Positions 53,345 through 63,822 of a stretch of 64,000 bases of DNA are shown here, piece by piece. Made by a program: the position numbers and the translations under genes. The notes under the pieces were generated by a model. That model had not been told where the DNA came from. It was given only the letters and a program-made list of their open reading frames with translations, and made no database searches. How positions within the stretch are numbered: position 1 is the stretch's first letter; every line of letters starts with the position of its first letter. The stretch is taken from positions 32,001-96,000 of IMG/VR virus record IMGVR_UViG_3300037455_000462; one strand, given 5' to 3'. This stretch comes from a virus (taxonomy: Duplodnaviria > Caudoviricetes).

Positions 53345-56300
53345 ATGGGAGGAAAACCCGCTACTATTTCAGATTTGTTCACGCCGATGCAAGCCATACA
53401 GACTTGTATGGAAAGTAATCATAAGGAGATTTCGAGCAGCATAGCGACTCTCAACGAGTCGGTTCTTGGGTGTTCGAAGTCTATGGGCAGTGTTTCCAAA
53501 TCGTTCAAGCGGACGGTTGAGAATGCAAAAACACAGACCGTTTCTTCAATAAAGGAACTGAACAAGTCCGTGAAAAATGCAATAAAGGACGCGACCAACG
53601 CAATCGCCAAGTCTTTGAGTGATGGTATGAGCGGTGTCGCCGCCGCAAGCGCGGCTGCTGCATCTGCTTCGGCTGCGCCTATGGGCGCGATAGGGGAGGC
53701 TATGCAGCAAAACGCCATCGTTATGAACAATATGCTGAAAGAAGTCACCGCGATAGGCAAGAGTGTCAGCCAACTCAAAAAGTCGGTCAAGAAAAACGCA
53801 AATAGCGACAAGAAGAATGTGGGCGACAAACTGAAAGAAGGTGCTGCGCCGAAAAAGGAGGCTGCACCGCAGAAAAGCGGCAAGTTCCAAGGTCTGAAAG
53901 ACTTGGGCGAGGCTGCTTCCCTTTTCAGCGAACTGTCTATGAAAGACGCTGTGCTGATGAAAACAAAGGTTCAGAAAGTCCTTGCAGCCGCAAAGGAAAT
54001 GGAGGATTTCGGAAAGGACTTCGATGCCAAGAACGCGGAGGAACTCGCAAAGGTTCTCGCGACACTTGGAAAGTCAGCCGCTTCTTTCACGGGCTATCTC
54101 GCATCCGTTGCCCTTATCGCCCCGCTTGCTTTGGTGACTGCCAAGTTGCTCAATCCGACAATCAGTTCCGTTGTCGAGGCGGTAGAGCCTATCGCTGACG
54201 AGGACGTGAACAAGTATGACGGTGCTGCTATAACGCTCGAATCCCTCGCCAAGGGAACAGTCAAGTTCGTGGCATACCTCGGTTTGGGAGCGGTGTTCGC
54301 TCCGTTTGCCTTGGCTACGGCTCTGCTTATGAACCCGACCATCAAACTGATGGTGAAAGCACTCGACCCGATTGCGGACACGGAGGCTAACAAGTATGAC
54401 GGCGCAGCCGTTACGCTTGAGGCAATGGCTTCGGGTTCTCTGAAATTCCTCGCTTCTATGGCGTTGAGCGTTGTTCTCGCCCCCGTTGCTATGGTCGGCG
54501 CGGGACTGTTCGCCCTGCTGCTTCTTGAAACAAGGGCGGTGTTCGGCATAATGGCGAAAAAGGAAACCACACGCGATATGCGCAGGGCTTCCAACAACCT
54601 TGACAAAATGAGCGGCGCAGCCTTGATGTTCGAGGCTTCTATGGCGTTAAGCACCATACTCGCTCCCGTTGCTATGGTCGGTGTCGCTTTGTCAACGCTC
54701 GTTATTGGCGGAAGCGCGACACTGTTCAACGCTATAGGGGACGCTAAAATCAGCAGGAATATCAGACGTGGTGCTATAACGCTTGAATGGATGAGCATCG
54801 GAATTCTCGGATATACATTGTCGCTGCTCGCAACGACTATGATACTTCGCTACCTCATCACGGGCGGAGGCGAGAAAGTCGATTGGATGAACATAGTGGC
54901 GGTCGCTTCGGCATTGCCCGTGTTCGGTCTTATGGTAGGTTCTGCTTTCGTTTTCAACGAGATAGGTATGGCATCGACTTCTATAGCGAAGGGCAGTCTT
55001 GCCGTTATGCTTATGGGCGCGTCAACGGTTCTTTTCACATTGAGCCTGCTCGTCACCTATATGATAACCAAATCGATGGTCGGCGACATATTCAAGGACG
55101 GCAAGTTCGACATAAAGAACGTGGTCGCCCTCGCGAGCATACTGCCCGTGTTCGGTCTTATGCTCGGTGCTAACGCAGTGTTCAGCAGGATAGGAAACGA
55201 AAAATCAGTCAAGGACACGCTTATGGGTGGACTGTCCGTAATCGTTATGTCTGTTTCCCTCATATCGTTTGCGGGTGCTATGTGGGTGACACACCAAATC
55301 ACAAAGAACATCATAAGCAAGGGCGACAAGACCGACTTGTGGGCTATCGTGGCTGACGTGGCGGTGTTTGCCCTTATGCTCGGAGGCAACTATGTGTTCC
55401 GCAGGCTTGGCAAGGAAAAGTCTGTGAAGGAAACAGTGGCGGGCGGTGTGTCCGTTGTCGCTATGAGCGTTGGTCTTGTGACGTTTGCGGGTGCTATGTG
55501 GGTCACTCATCAGATGACAAAGAACATTATCAGCAACGCCAACGGAAGCGACATAGGTGCTTTGGTTGCCGATGTCGCCGTGTTCGCGCTTATGCTTGGT
55601 GGCAATTATATATTCAGAAGACTTGGCAAGGAAAAGACCGTCAAGGAATCATTGATGGGATTGGCAAGCATAGCCGCTATGAGCGTTGGTATCATAGCGT
55701 TCAGCGGTGCTATGTGGGTGGCTCACAAGATTGCTAAACAGATTGTCGGTGACGCTGACGCAAAAAGCATAGTCACCACGCTCGGCATATTCGCATTGAT
55801 GACGGGTTCTGTATTCTTGTTCAAATTCGCGGGCAAGAACTTCAAGGACATCGCGAAAGGTACGGGCAGTATGGTTCTTATGGCTGTCGGCATAGGCGCA
55901 TTCGGTTACGGATTGAGTTTCTTCACCGATGCGGTCAAGGACACTAAATGGTGGCAGTTGCTCGCTATGCCCGCACTTGTTCTCGCATTCGGCGTTGAGT
56001 TCGCCGCACTCGGATACTTGGTCGAGTTCATTGCCCTCGGTGCTGTTTCGGTTGCCGCTATGGGCGCAGCCCTCGTTCCGTTTGGTTGGGGTGTCGGCAA
56101 ATACGCTGGCTATCTGAAAGAGGCGGGTCTTGATTGGAAAACGGTCGGTCAGATGGCGGGATTGATTATGATGTTCGGCGTGGAGATGTCCTTATTGGGG
56201 CCGCTCTCCCCGCTGATACTTATGGCTGATGCCGCTATGGGTGTTATGGGTGCTACACTCGTTGCATTCGGATTCGGTGTGAACAGTTACGCAACTTCCG

Positions 56301-58894
56301 TCAAGGATAGCGGCATTGATTGGAAAACTGTCGGCAAGATGGCAGGACTGATTATGCTGTTCGGTGCTGAATTCGCGGCGATAGGTCCAGTATCACCACT
56401 GATACTTATGGCTGACGCTGCAATAGGCGTTATGGGCGGCTCGCTCTATTCAATAGGTTTGGGCATAGGCAGGTTCGCAGGAGAAATCAACAAATCCCGT
56501 GTAGGTGTCAAGACCATATTGAAGATGGCGGGCATAATCGGAACGTTTGCAACGGAATTCTCCGCATTGGCTTTGGTATCCCCGTTTGTTATGGCGGGTT
56601 CTGCCGCAGGCATCTCTATGGGTGCTGCGCTGAATAGCATAGGAAAAGGTTTGCAGGAGTTCGCCGCAGCCAAACTCCAACCGAATAGCGTTGAAACGTT
56701 CTCGAAAATGATGATAACGCTCCGCGACACTTTCGCTGTTATGGCGGGAAGCGGCGAGGCAGGAGGCAAGGGAGGCATACTTGGTACGCTCATCAAGGGA
56801 ACTATCGCGGCGTTCAGTCCGAGCGGTGTCGAAAAGGGTATCGCGGTTTCAAAGAAAATGGGTGACGCGCTCTACAGCATAGCAAAAGGACTGATGCAGT
56901 TCCAAAACGGAATAGGCGACCAAATAACCGACAAGGAATTTATGCAGCAGTTCGCCGATTCCGTTTCGACAGCCGTGTCCTCAATATCGAGCGCGTTCAG
57001 AACCGTGGGTGAAAGTTGGGTCAGCATCAAGTCGCCCGAACCGAGAACCGTGTTCGGCAAACTGTTCCGCAGGCTTACGGCGGGTGTGTTCGATGTCAAG
57101 ACGAAAAATTCTGTCGAGGAAGGCATAAGGGCTACCCGCAATATGGGCGACAGTCTCGCAAGCATAGCGAAAGGTCTGAAGGAATACAAAGACCTCGTTC
57201 CGAATGAAAAGGACGCAGGATGGGTAGGCGCGGTCGCCAACAACATCGCCATAATGCTTGACGCATTGGTCGCCCCGCTTGCGAAGTTCGGTACTGTCGA
57301 GGAATCATTCGAGGTTGTCAAGTCACAATCTTCCAATATCTCGCAGGGCTTCGCCTCCATACAGAGTGCGGTTGACAGCACAGTAAACTACAACAGCAAG
57401 AAAGTTGACATTGCCCGCGCTATGGAGAATGTCGGTCAAATCGGAACTTTGATTTCGGGTATGGCTGAAGGTGTCAAGACGTTCTCGCAACTCAACCCGA
57501 AGAAAGACATCGGAACGGCATACGACATCAATGACGATTGGACTTTGACGGGCAACGGCGGAGGTATGATTGGAAACATACAGCAGATGCTCTGCGGATT
57601 CTTCCCCGCTTTCATACTTCTCGGAAAGAAACTTGAGGAAACGGGTACTTATGAGGAAATCATAGAACCCGCCGAATACGGTTTCTTGGGCAACACGAAG
57701 AAGGCGGCTAAAACCGAGAAGAAATCCTATGTCGGTATGGCGATAGATGCCGCCTCCAACATAGGCACTATAATCAGAGACCTCGCGGAGGGTATGAAAA
57801 CCTTTAACGAGTTGTACCCCGATTCTTCAAAACTGACTGTCGGCGTGGGCAATGTTATCAAGGCAATCTCAACCATATTCACGGCATTCGGTAACATAGG
57901 ATATGTCATCGAAAGCGGTAGCGGCGGTGTGCAACCCGTTCTGCCAAACGGCGCGGAAAACGGTTTTGACTTTGGTATGATTCACGCCAATGTGAGGAGA
58001 CTTCGCTATTCGGCAAACGGCGGCGATATGTCCGAAACATTCGAGAAAGTGAATTCGAATATAAGCAATATCATAAAAGGCTTGGGTGAGTCTATGAACA
58101 CCATTAAGGGTCAGATGGGTACGGTGAGCGAAATCAGCAAGAATATGCGCGGATACATATTCTCCATAATGAATATGTCAACCGCAGCATTTGTGTTGAG
58201 CGACCACGAGGCTGGTGATTCAGCCCTTATCTACGAAGGCAACAAGATAGAGGCATACGAATTGGGCGCATTTGACTTATTCATCGCAAAAAGCGCGGAC
58301 GAGAACGCTGCGCAGATGAAGAAAGTCGTGAACAAGGTTGCCACTATGGGCGATACCATTATGAAGATTCCGAAAGACGCAGGCAAGAAGTTCACCGTGT
58401 TCACACAAGACCTCGTTAAGGGTATGAACCAACTTGCGGCTACACGCAACAACGTGACCGCCGCAACCAAGTTCATCGACAGTCTGACAAAGGCGAAAAA
58501 CGAGCAGGTGTTTGAGAACATCGCGTCCAACACGGAACGAATCGCGCAGGCTTTGAACTCCATAAGTGTCAACACTATGCAACCATACGCTGAAATGATT
58601 GCGGGTATGGGAGAAATGGCGAAGAACGCTTCTAATGCGAAGAAGATTATGGACGAGATACGCGACCTCATCGAGGATATGGTTGACAAAATCGGTGAAC
58701 TCCGTAACGGCGGAGGCGGCAGTTCTGACAACAACGGAAGCGGCAACAAACCGCAGACCGTCATTCCTCAACAGAAACCTCAACCTACACCTCCTCAACC
58801 TCAACAGAGAGTCAAGGCTGACGTTTCGTTTGACAAGAACACAATCGATGCGTTGAAGAAACTTACACAAGCAATAAACGACAAAATATTGTAA
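53345..58894 (+). CDS. tape measure protein
   Basis: 1849 aa, Ala/Gly-rich helical, hydrophobic internal repeats (NKYDGAA.TLE x2, F[AS]GAMWV.H x3), late promoter. Confidence 0.75.
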   Translation: MGGKPATISDLFTPMQAIQTCMESNHKEISSSIATLNESVLGCSKSMGSVSKSFKRTVENAKTQTVSSIKELNKSVKNAIKDATNAIAKSLSDGMSGVAAASAAAASASAAPMGAIGEAMQQNAIVMNNMLKEVTAIGKSVSQLKKSVKKNANSDKKNVGDKLKEGAAPKKEAAPQKSGKFQGLKDLGEAASLFSELSMKDAVLMKTKVQKVLAAAKEMEDFGKDFDAKNAEELAKVLATLGKSAASFTGYLASVALIAPLALVTAKLLNPTISSVVEAVEPIADEDVNKYDGAAITLESLAKGTVKFVAYLGLGAVFAPFALATALLMNPTIKLMVKALDPIADTEANKYDGAAVTLEAMASGSLKFLASMALSVVLAPVAMVGAGLFALLLLETRAVFGIMAKKETTRDMRRASNNLDKMSGAALMFEASMALSTILAPVAMVGVALSTLVIGGSATLFNAIGDAKISRNIRRGAITLEWMSIGILGYTLSLLATTMILRYLITGGGEKVDWMNIVAVASALPVFGLMVGSAFVFNEIGMASTSIAKGSLAVMLMGASTVLFTLSLLVTYMITKSMVGDIFKDGKFDIKNVVALASILPVFGLMLGANAVFSRIGNEKSVKDTLMGGLSVIVMSVSLISFAGAMWVTHQITKNIISKGDKTDLWAIVADVAVFALMLGGNYVFRRLGKEKSVKETVAGGVSVVAMSVGLVTFAGAMWVTHQMTKNIISNANGSDIGALVADVAVFALMLGGNYIFRRLGKEKTVKESLMGLASIAAMSVGIIAFSGAMWVAHKIAKQIVGDADAKSIVTTLGIFALMTGSVFLFKFAGKNFKDIAKGTGSMVLMAVGIGAFGYGLSFFTDAVKDTKWWQLLAMPALVLAFGVEFAALGYLVEFIALGAVSVAAMGAALVPFGWGVGKYAGYLKEAGLDWKTVGQMAGLIMMFGVEMSLLGPLSPLILMADAAMGVMGATLVAFGFGVNSYATSVKDSGIDWKTVGKMAGLIMLFGAEFAAIGPVSPLILMADAAIGVMGGSLYSIGLGIGRFAGEINKSRVGVKTILKMAGIIGTFATEFSALALVSPFVMAGSAAGISMGAALNSIGKGLQEFAAAKLQPNSVETFSKMMITLRDTFAVMAGSGEAGGKGGILGTLIKGTIAAFSPSGVEKGIAVSKKMGDALYSIAKGLMQFQNGIGDQITDKEFMQQFADSVSTAVSSISSAFRTVGESWVSIKSPEPRTVFGKLFRRLTAGVFDVKTKNSVEEGIRATRNMGDSLASIAKGLKEYKDLVPNEKDAGWVGAVANNIAIMLDALVAPLAKFGTVEESFEVVKSQSSNISQGFASIQSAVDSTVNYNSKKVDIARAMENVGQIGTLISGMAEGVKTFSQLNPKKDIGTAYDINDDWTLTGNGGGMIGNIQQMLCGFFPAFILLGKKLEETGTYEEIIEPAEYGFLGNTKKAAKTEKKSYVGMAIDAASNIGTIIRDLAEGMKTFNELYPDSSKLTVGVGNVIKAISTIFTAFGNIGYVIESGSGGVQPVLPNGAENGFDFGMIHANVRRLRYSANGGDMSETFEKVNSNISNIIKGLGESMNTIKGQMGTVSEISKNMRGYIFSIMNMSTAAFVLSDHEAGDSALIYEGNKIEAYELGAFDLFIAKSADENAAQMKKVVNKVATMGDTIMKIPKDAGKKFTVFTQDLVKGMNQLAATRNNVTAATKFIDSLTKAKNEQVFENIASNTERIAQALNSISVNTMQPYAEMIAGMGEMAKNASNAKKIMDEIRDLIEDMVDKIGELRNGGGGSSDNNGSGNKPQTVIPQQKPQPTPPQPQQRVKADVSFDKNTIDALKKLTQAINDKIL

Positions 58895-58896
58895 TA

Positions 58897-60801
58897 ATGG
58901 TAAACGGCAACAAGACAACGGCTAACAACGACCAACTTCTGATAAGTGTCAAGACCCCGTATAACGGTGTGTCGAAGGTCAACTCATACTCCGCTTCAGT
59001 GAAAGGGGAAACCGAATCCCTATATTACAGAAAGGAGTTCAGATGGTCTTATGACGGCATATTGTACAATGATTGGCGAGAACTGACAAACGACAATCTG
59101 CGTGTTTTGCTGCCCGACCCCGCGAAACCGTTTTACCCGCAGTACAAATTCACGCAGGTCGGTGACGGCGAACTTGAATTTGAGAGCATCGCGCTTGAAG
59201 TCGTGTCGAAAGAGGGAATAATCAACAACATACCGCTTTGCGGAATAAGCGACAACGAAGCCTGCTGCGGTCAGCAGAACTTGGTGTTCGATTGCTGTGG
59301 CGGCGGATTCAACCCATACGCCCTCGGAAACTCGGCGTTCATATACTCGCAGTTGTCGCAGGTTGTTTCCAATATGTTCGGTTTCTGCGTTCAATATTAC
59401 AAGACAAGCGCAGACCAACGCTCGAAGGACGTTGTGCTTCACGAATACTCGCTGCTCAATGTCATAGCGGAAGGCAGTATCAAGATAGTGATACCCGACA
59501 ACCAACTTCCGAGCAGGGAAATCAACTTCAACCCGCTTATGATGGACTACCCGACAGTGTTCGAGGTGCATATCGTTAAAAACGGGTTCAGACAAGTGTT
59601 CGGTCAAGACTCCAAACCCGAAGTCGGTGACTATCTGTATTTCGAGCAGTATATGAACAAGATGTACGAGATAAACGCTGTTTCCGAAACGGACGATTAT
59701 CTGTACAGCGGTTCGTATTGGAGAGTGAGCCTCGTTCAGTATCAAAAGAAAGCGTCCGTGAAGTTCGAGGATAAGCAGTTTGAAGAGGAAGTTGACACGC
59801 TCATATTCAATATGGACAAGTTCAACATCGAAGCCGAGAACGAGGAAAAGGATGCAAGAAAACCCGACCAATACAACACAATCGGAACAAACGAGAATGA
59901 TTATGTCAGAAGACTTCTCGACAAGAAACTGCATATCGGCACAGACCCGCTTTATAACAATTGGACTATGATTTCCAAGTCTTATTACGCATTGAAGTCA
60001 ATCGAGCGCGGAAACATCGCCTTGCAATACCGATACAACAGAGGTTGGGACAGCGAGGAGCGTATGTTCACTTTTTGGATAAGACCGAAATACACGAACA
60101 CGAAGAATATCAGCAGGCGAATTGAAGCCATTGTTGATGTTGACGGCTATATGGGTCTGAAGGTTGACAACACAGCCGTTTTTGTTGCAGGCACTTATCT
60201 CAACCTAACGGGTACTGACTATCCGAAGTTTGTCAAGATAACGGGTATTGTTGATGACGTTCTTGTTACGAACCAAATCTATGTTGACGATTGTATGAAA
60301 AATGCGGTTGCGACACAGATTTCGAGTAATAATTTCTTGTATTCCGAGGGCGGCTTCAATCTCATACAGACACCGAACAGTTTCATTGTGTCAATCAACG
60401 GGGATGAACATATATTCAATTTCGGAAGCGAGTTGGTTATGAACGCTGACGAATGGTATGGCATCGTTCTCGCTGTCAAGCCCGAAGACAAGAAACTCGG
60501 ACTTTGGGTTTATCCTCTTGGCAAGGGCGACAGAAATTTACGCAGTATGGATTCAACGATAGACCTCAAATACTATAAGACAATAGGATGCAAGGGTGAT
60601 ATGAGCGTTGATGACGGATATTGGGGGTTGCTTGGCTGTGAACTTGACATAACTAACATAAGGATATGGAACGAGATTTGCGAAGAGAGCCTGCACAACA
60701 TCATACTGTCGCAGTATGTCGTAAAGGATTCTCACCTTTGCGAACTTGTTGACAACGCGCAGCCCGAACTTCTGATTGACCGTGTTACCAATCCGAGGTA
60801 A
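58897..60801 (+). CDS. virion protein with neck/head-closure (gp14-like) domain
   Basis: F..VFG...KPEVGDYLYF...MYEI pattern; follows the tape measure gene. Confidence 0.5.
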   Translation: MVNGNKTTANNDQLLISVKTPYNGVSKVNSYSASVKGETESLYYRKEFRWSYDGILYNDWRELTNDNLRVLLPDPAKPFYPQYKFTQVGDGELEFESIALEVVSKEGIINNIPLCGISDNEACCGQQNLVFDCCGGGFNPYALGNSAFIYSQLSQVVSNMFGFCVQYYKTSADQRSKDVVLHEYSLLNVIAEGSIKIVIPDNQLPSREINFNPLMMDYPTVFEVHIVKNGFRQVFGQDSKPEVGDYLYFEQYMNKMYEINAVSETDDYLYSGSYWRVSLVQYQKKASVKFEDKQFEEEVDTLIFNMDKFNIEAENEEKDARKPDQYNTIGTNENDYVRRLLDKKLHIGTDPLYNNWTMISKSYYALKSIERGNIALQYRYNRGWDSEERMFTFWIRPKYTNTKNISRRIEAIVDVDGYMGLKVDNTAVFVAGTYLNLTGTDYPKFVKITGIVDDVLVTNQIYVDDCMKNAVATQISSNNFLYSEGGFNLIQTPNSFIVSINGDEHIFNFGSELVMNADEWYGIVLAVKPEDKKLGLWVYPLGKGDRNLRSMDSTIDLKYYKTIGCKGDMSVDDGYWGLLGCELDITNIRIWNEICEESLHNIILSQYVVKDSHLCELVDNAQPELLIDRVTNPR

Positions 60802-60805
60802 TAAT

Positions 60806-60813
60806 TATAAATA
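60806..60813 (+). promoter_or_regulatory. late promoter TATAAATA
   Basis: Exact match 21 nt upstream of the ATG at 60835. Confidence 0.7.
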
Positions 60814-60834
60814 ATATAATATAAGCAAACAAAT

Positions 60835-62787
60835 ATGCCAACTGATGTAGCATTAAGCGAACTCATATTGAACATATTGTCAAAGGCGCAGTATGAATCA
60901 ATACAAAACCCATCGTCAGACGAATTATATCTGACACCGATATTGTTGGATTCCGTTCCCACAAGTGGGAGTATGAATCTTGTATCATCAAACGGTGTAC
61001 TTGAAGCGTTGAATTTAATGTCATTGCTTGGACTCTCTGATGTTTCACTTCAGAATTCGGACGATAGCGAAATTTTGTCATTTGATGTGTTACAAAACAA
61101 ATGGACTAATATTTTTTTAAAAACCATAGGAAATGAATCGCTACTTGGTTATGGAAATATAAAAACCAATAACGATTTTTCAAAAGTTCAGTCGTTGACA
61201 TCTGATATAGATATGAGCGAGGTTTACGGCAGTGTATCATATAACAACTCGAATGTGATGTTTAGTGCTAAAAACTCATTCACGGTATATGTTGATACTT
61301 TTGCAAATAATGAAAATGTTTTTATTTTGATGAATATTTCGTCATCAACAATAACATATACATTTAATTTTTCATCACTTCTGGTTTCTTCTATTTTTGG
61401 TGACGGCGGAACATTGTCTGGGTATAATTTATCAATACCAATTCCGTCTAATTCTTCTGTATTATTAACATACAGAATATTTCCAAATGAATGTGTGTCA
61501 TATAGTGTTTTTGACTATAATATCACAAATGTTTTAGTGGAAGATAGTGTCTTGGATGATGACACTGTAGCCCTCGTGTTCAAGAACGACTCAACGGGCG
61601 ATTTGAGGTTTTTCGACATAGATGACGCTGCAATCTACCCGCCCGTGTTCAGCGGCTACACAATCCAACCTTATGTAAGATTTACTCGTAACAAGAACGG
61701 CAAAAGTGTTGTGATTCACAAAACTAATTTTTCATCTCGCCGTTGGGGTGAATTTAACAGATATCGTTTGTATTGTGATACTTCTGTTAGTGGCGGCTTT
61801 GATTGGATTGTAAAAATAAATGGTACAAATAAAAGTGGAACTGTATCGTGGAATGTTGGTGATACACTTGATAGTATAGTCACACAGTTAAATACGGGCA
61901 GGGTTGATACATACCTTACATTCACCCACAATACTGATGAGTCATTCATCCGCATCGTGAAGGGTGGCTATTCGAGTTCGGCATTCACGATTTCCAACGT
62001 CAGCAACGCAACGCTTGAGGACTTGAGCCTCTACACGAGGGTAGGCGGGGTTCAGCAGTCGGAGTCCCATAGGGAATGGCAGGCGCAGACCGTGGAGTCT
62101 ATGTTCCCGAACAGCGGATTCCTGCCCGCCAACACAGCGCAATACGCGCAGAACGGTTACAACCTCTCGTACAGATGCGGTGCTAACCTCGCAAAATACA
62201 AGTCCTATTGGCGCACCAACGGCAGCGCGTCCTATGTCGCAGAAAGCAGTGTCGGCAGGATGAGCGAGGCGGGATTCAACAGTCTCAACGGAAGTTCAAC
62301 GCCTGCGTATCAAGCCCTCTATGACAAATACCAAGGCTCTTGGGACAACTATATGGAGGCGGGTATGGTTCAGATAGACGACACCCATACGGGAGGCATA
62401 GAATACCAATCCTACGACAACGGTGACGTGCAGAACGCATTCCTCGCCTCCGTGGAGACGATGACTTTTGACGGCTCGTACATCCACGCCTTCCCCGCAG
62501 CCTACGCAGCCGCGTCAGTCGCGGATTCAGACCTCGGCGCGTTCCATCTTCCAACGAACCACGAGATTGCCGTGTTTATGCGGGATGACGCGATGGCTAA
62601 AATAAACACTGCGTTCTCCTATCTGTCTTCCGCCAATGCGTTGAGCAACGGGGGATATTATTGGTCTGTTGCCCAGTATTCGAGTTACAACAGTTGGTTC
62701 TACTACGGCGGCACTGGTGCATTGCCTAACCGCACCAAGTCCTACACTTACTCGGCCCGCGCGTTGGCTTACCTACCCCTATCTTGA
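60835..62787 (+). CDS. tail fibre/receptor-binding protein with C-terminal C-type-lectin-like DGR variable region
   Basis: Fibre motifs LDSVPTSGS.N.V.S.GV and LKTIGNESLLGYGNI; HLPT..E...YYWS......NSW.....G......K......RAL C-terminus. Confidence 0.75.
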   Translation: MPTDVALSELILNILSKAQYESIQNPSSDELYLTPILLDSVPTSGSMNLVSSNGVLEALNLMSLLGLSDVSLQNSDDSEILSFDVLQNKWTNIFLKTIGNESLLGYGNIKTNNDFSKVQSLTSDIDMSEVYGSVSYNNSNVMFSAKNSFTVYVDTFANNENVFILMNISSSTITYTFNFSSLLVSSIFGDGGTLSGYNLSIPIPSNSSVLLTYRIFPNECVSYSVFDYNITNVLVEDSVLDDDTVALVFKNDSTGDLRFFDIDDAAIYPPVFSGYTIQPYVRFTRNKNGKSVVIHKTNFSSRRWGEFNRYRLYCDTSVSGGFDWIVKINGTNKSGTVSWNVGDTLDSIVTQLNTGRVDTYLTFTHNTDESFIRIVKGGYSSSAFTISNVSNATLEDLSLYTRVGGVQQSESHREWQAQTVESMFPNSGFLPANTAQYAQNGYNLSYRCGANLAKYKSYWRTNGSASYVAESSVGRMSEAGFNSLNGSSTPAYQALYDKYQGSWDNYMEAGMVQIDDTHTGGIEYQSYDNGDVQNAFLASVETMTFDGSYIHAFPAAYAAASVADSDLGAFHLPTNHEIAVFMRDDAMAKINTAFSYLSSANALSNGGYYWSVAQYSSYNSWFYYGGTGALPNRTKSYTYSARALAYLPLS

Positions 62788-62804
62788 TTCTTGTCCGATT
62801 TTTG

Positions 62805-62830
62805 GCGACCGACCGCTGTCGGTCGGTCGC
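62805..62830. other. GC-rich perfect hairpin downstream of the putative VR (DGR homing-type cruciform)
   Basis: GCGACCGACCG-CTGT-CGGTCGGTCGC, 17 nt after the stop codon. Confidence 0.65.
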
Positions 62831-62860
62831 GGACAATTTTTTGAATAAACTCTCATTTTT

Positions 62861-62891
62861 AATAAAGCCCGTTAATTCGGGCTTTATTTTT
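62861..62891 (+). terminator. intrinsic terminator
   Basis: AATAAAGCCCG-TTAATT-CGGGCTTTATT-TTT. Confidence 0.75.
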
Positions 62892-62914
62892 ATAGTTTAA
62901 GTATATTTGTGATT

Positions 62915-62926
62915 TTTTTATTATAT
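62915..62926 (+). promoter_or_regulatory. phage promoter-like motif TTTTTATTATAT
   Basis: Exact copy on the + strand upstream of the + gene at 62953. Confidence 0.6.
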
Positions 62927-62952
62927 TAGTTTGTAACCAAAAATTTAGAATT

Positions 62953-63666
62953 ATGGATTTGAAAGGACTAATGGCGGTTCAAGTGCCGCAAAAAACAAGA
63001 ACTTACGCCCCGATTTCTTACGAGGAAATTCACAATTCCATTATGGAAAACATTGAGCGTAACAACTTTGTACTCAACGGAACATCCGTCCGCACCCGCA
63101 ATGGTGCTGATGCTGTCGTTATGTATGACCTTGGCGACAAACTCGCCAAGGAGGACAGCAAGGAACTCGGAATCCGTGTAGGATTCAAGAACTCGTACAA
63201 CCGAAGGGTCAGTTTCGGTTTTGCCATCGGCAGCGTTGTGTTCATCTGCACAAACGGTATGGTTAGCGGCGAGTATATGATTAAGAAGCAGCATCGTATG
63301 AACGACTTGAACGTCTATGTCACCGACCTCATCGGTCAGTATTTCTCCCAAGTCCGTTACGAGCATACTCGGAACATTATGTTTATGAACGACTTGAAGC
63401 AGCAGAGGGTTGACCGTGCGGTCGCCTCCCGCGTAATCGGTGACTTGTTCACGAACAACAGAATCATCAACCAAGGTCAGTTGCGTAAAATGGCTGACGA
63501 AATCTACCATTCCACGAATTTCGGCAATCTGACCGACAACGAAACAATCAGTGGTTGGGATTTGTACAACCACGGAACTGAAGCATTAAAAACATCGGCT
63601 AATGTCAACTACTTTGCAAAACATACAACCTACAACGATTATTTCAGAGGATATTTTGGAATCTGA
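62953..63666 (+). CDS. DUF932/DUF945-like protein
   Basis: NSYN......G....ICTNGM...H and WDLYN..TE motifs. Confidence 0.7.
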   Translation: MDLKGLMAVQVPQKTRTYAPISYEEIHNSIMENIERNNFVLNGTSVRTRNGADAVVMYDLGDKLAKEDSKELGIRVGFKNSYNRRVSFGFAIGSVVFICTNGMVSGEYMIKKQHRMNDLNVYVTDLIGQYFSQVRYEHTRNIMFMNDLKQQRVDRAVASRVIGDLFTNNRIINQGQLRKMADEIYHSTNFGNLTDNETISGWDLYNHGTEALKTSANVNYFAKHTTYNDYFRGYFGI

Positions 63667-63822
63667 AATAAACGACCTCATTGACAAGTTGGACAAGCCG
63701 AAGGGAACGCTCAAACTTATGAATGACGCTCTCTTCGGCTGCGACTTGGAAGATGTTGATTTTGACGGTTGTGATATGGAAGTAGAGCCGAAAGAAAAGG
63801 AAAAACCAACAATAACGTATAT

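Noticed and set aside
62805-62830. The GC hairpin as merely the tail-fibre terminator
   Set aside because: It lacks an immediately adjacent U-tract, and a conventional terminator lies at 62861-62891. A terminator role is still possible through the extended TTGTCC/GGACAA stem followed by Ts.
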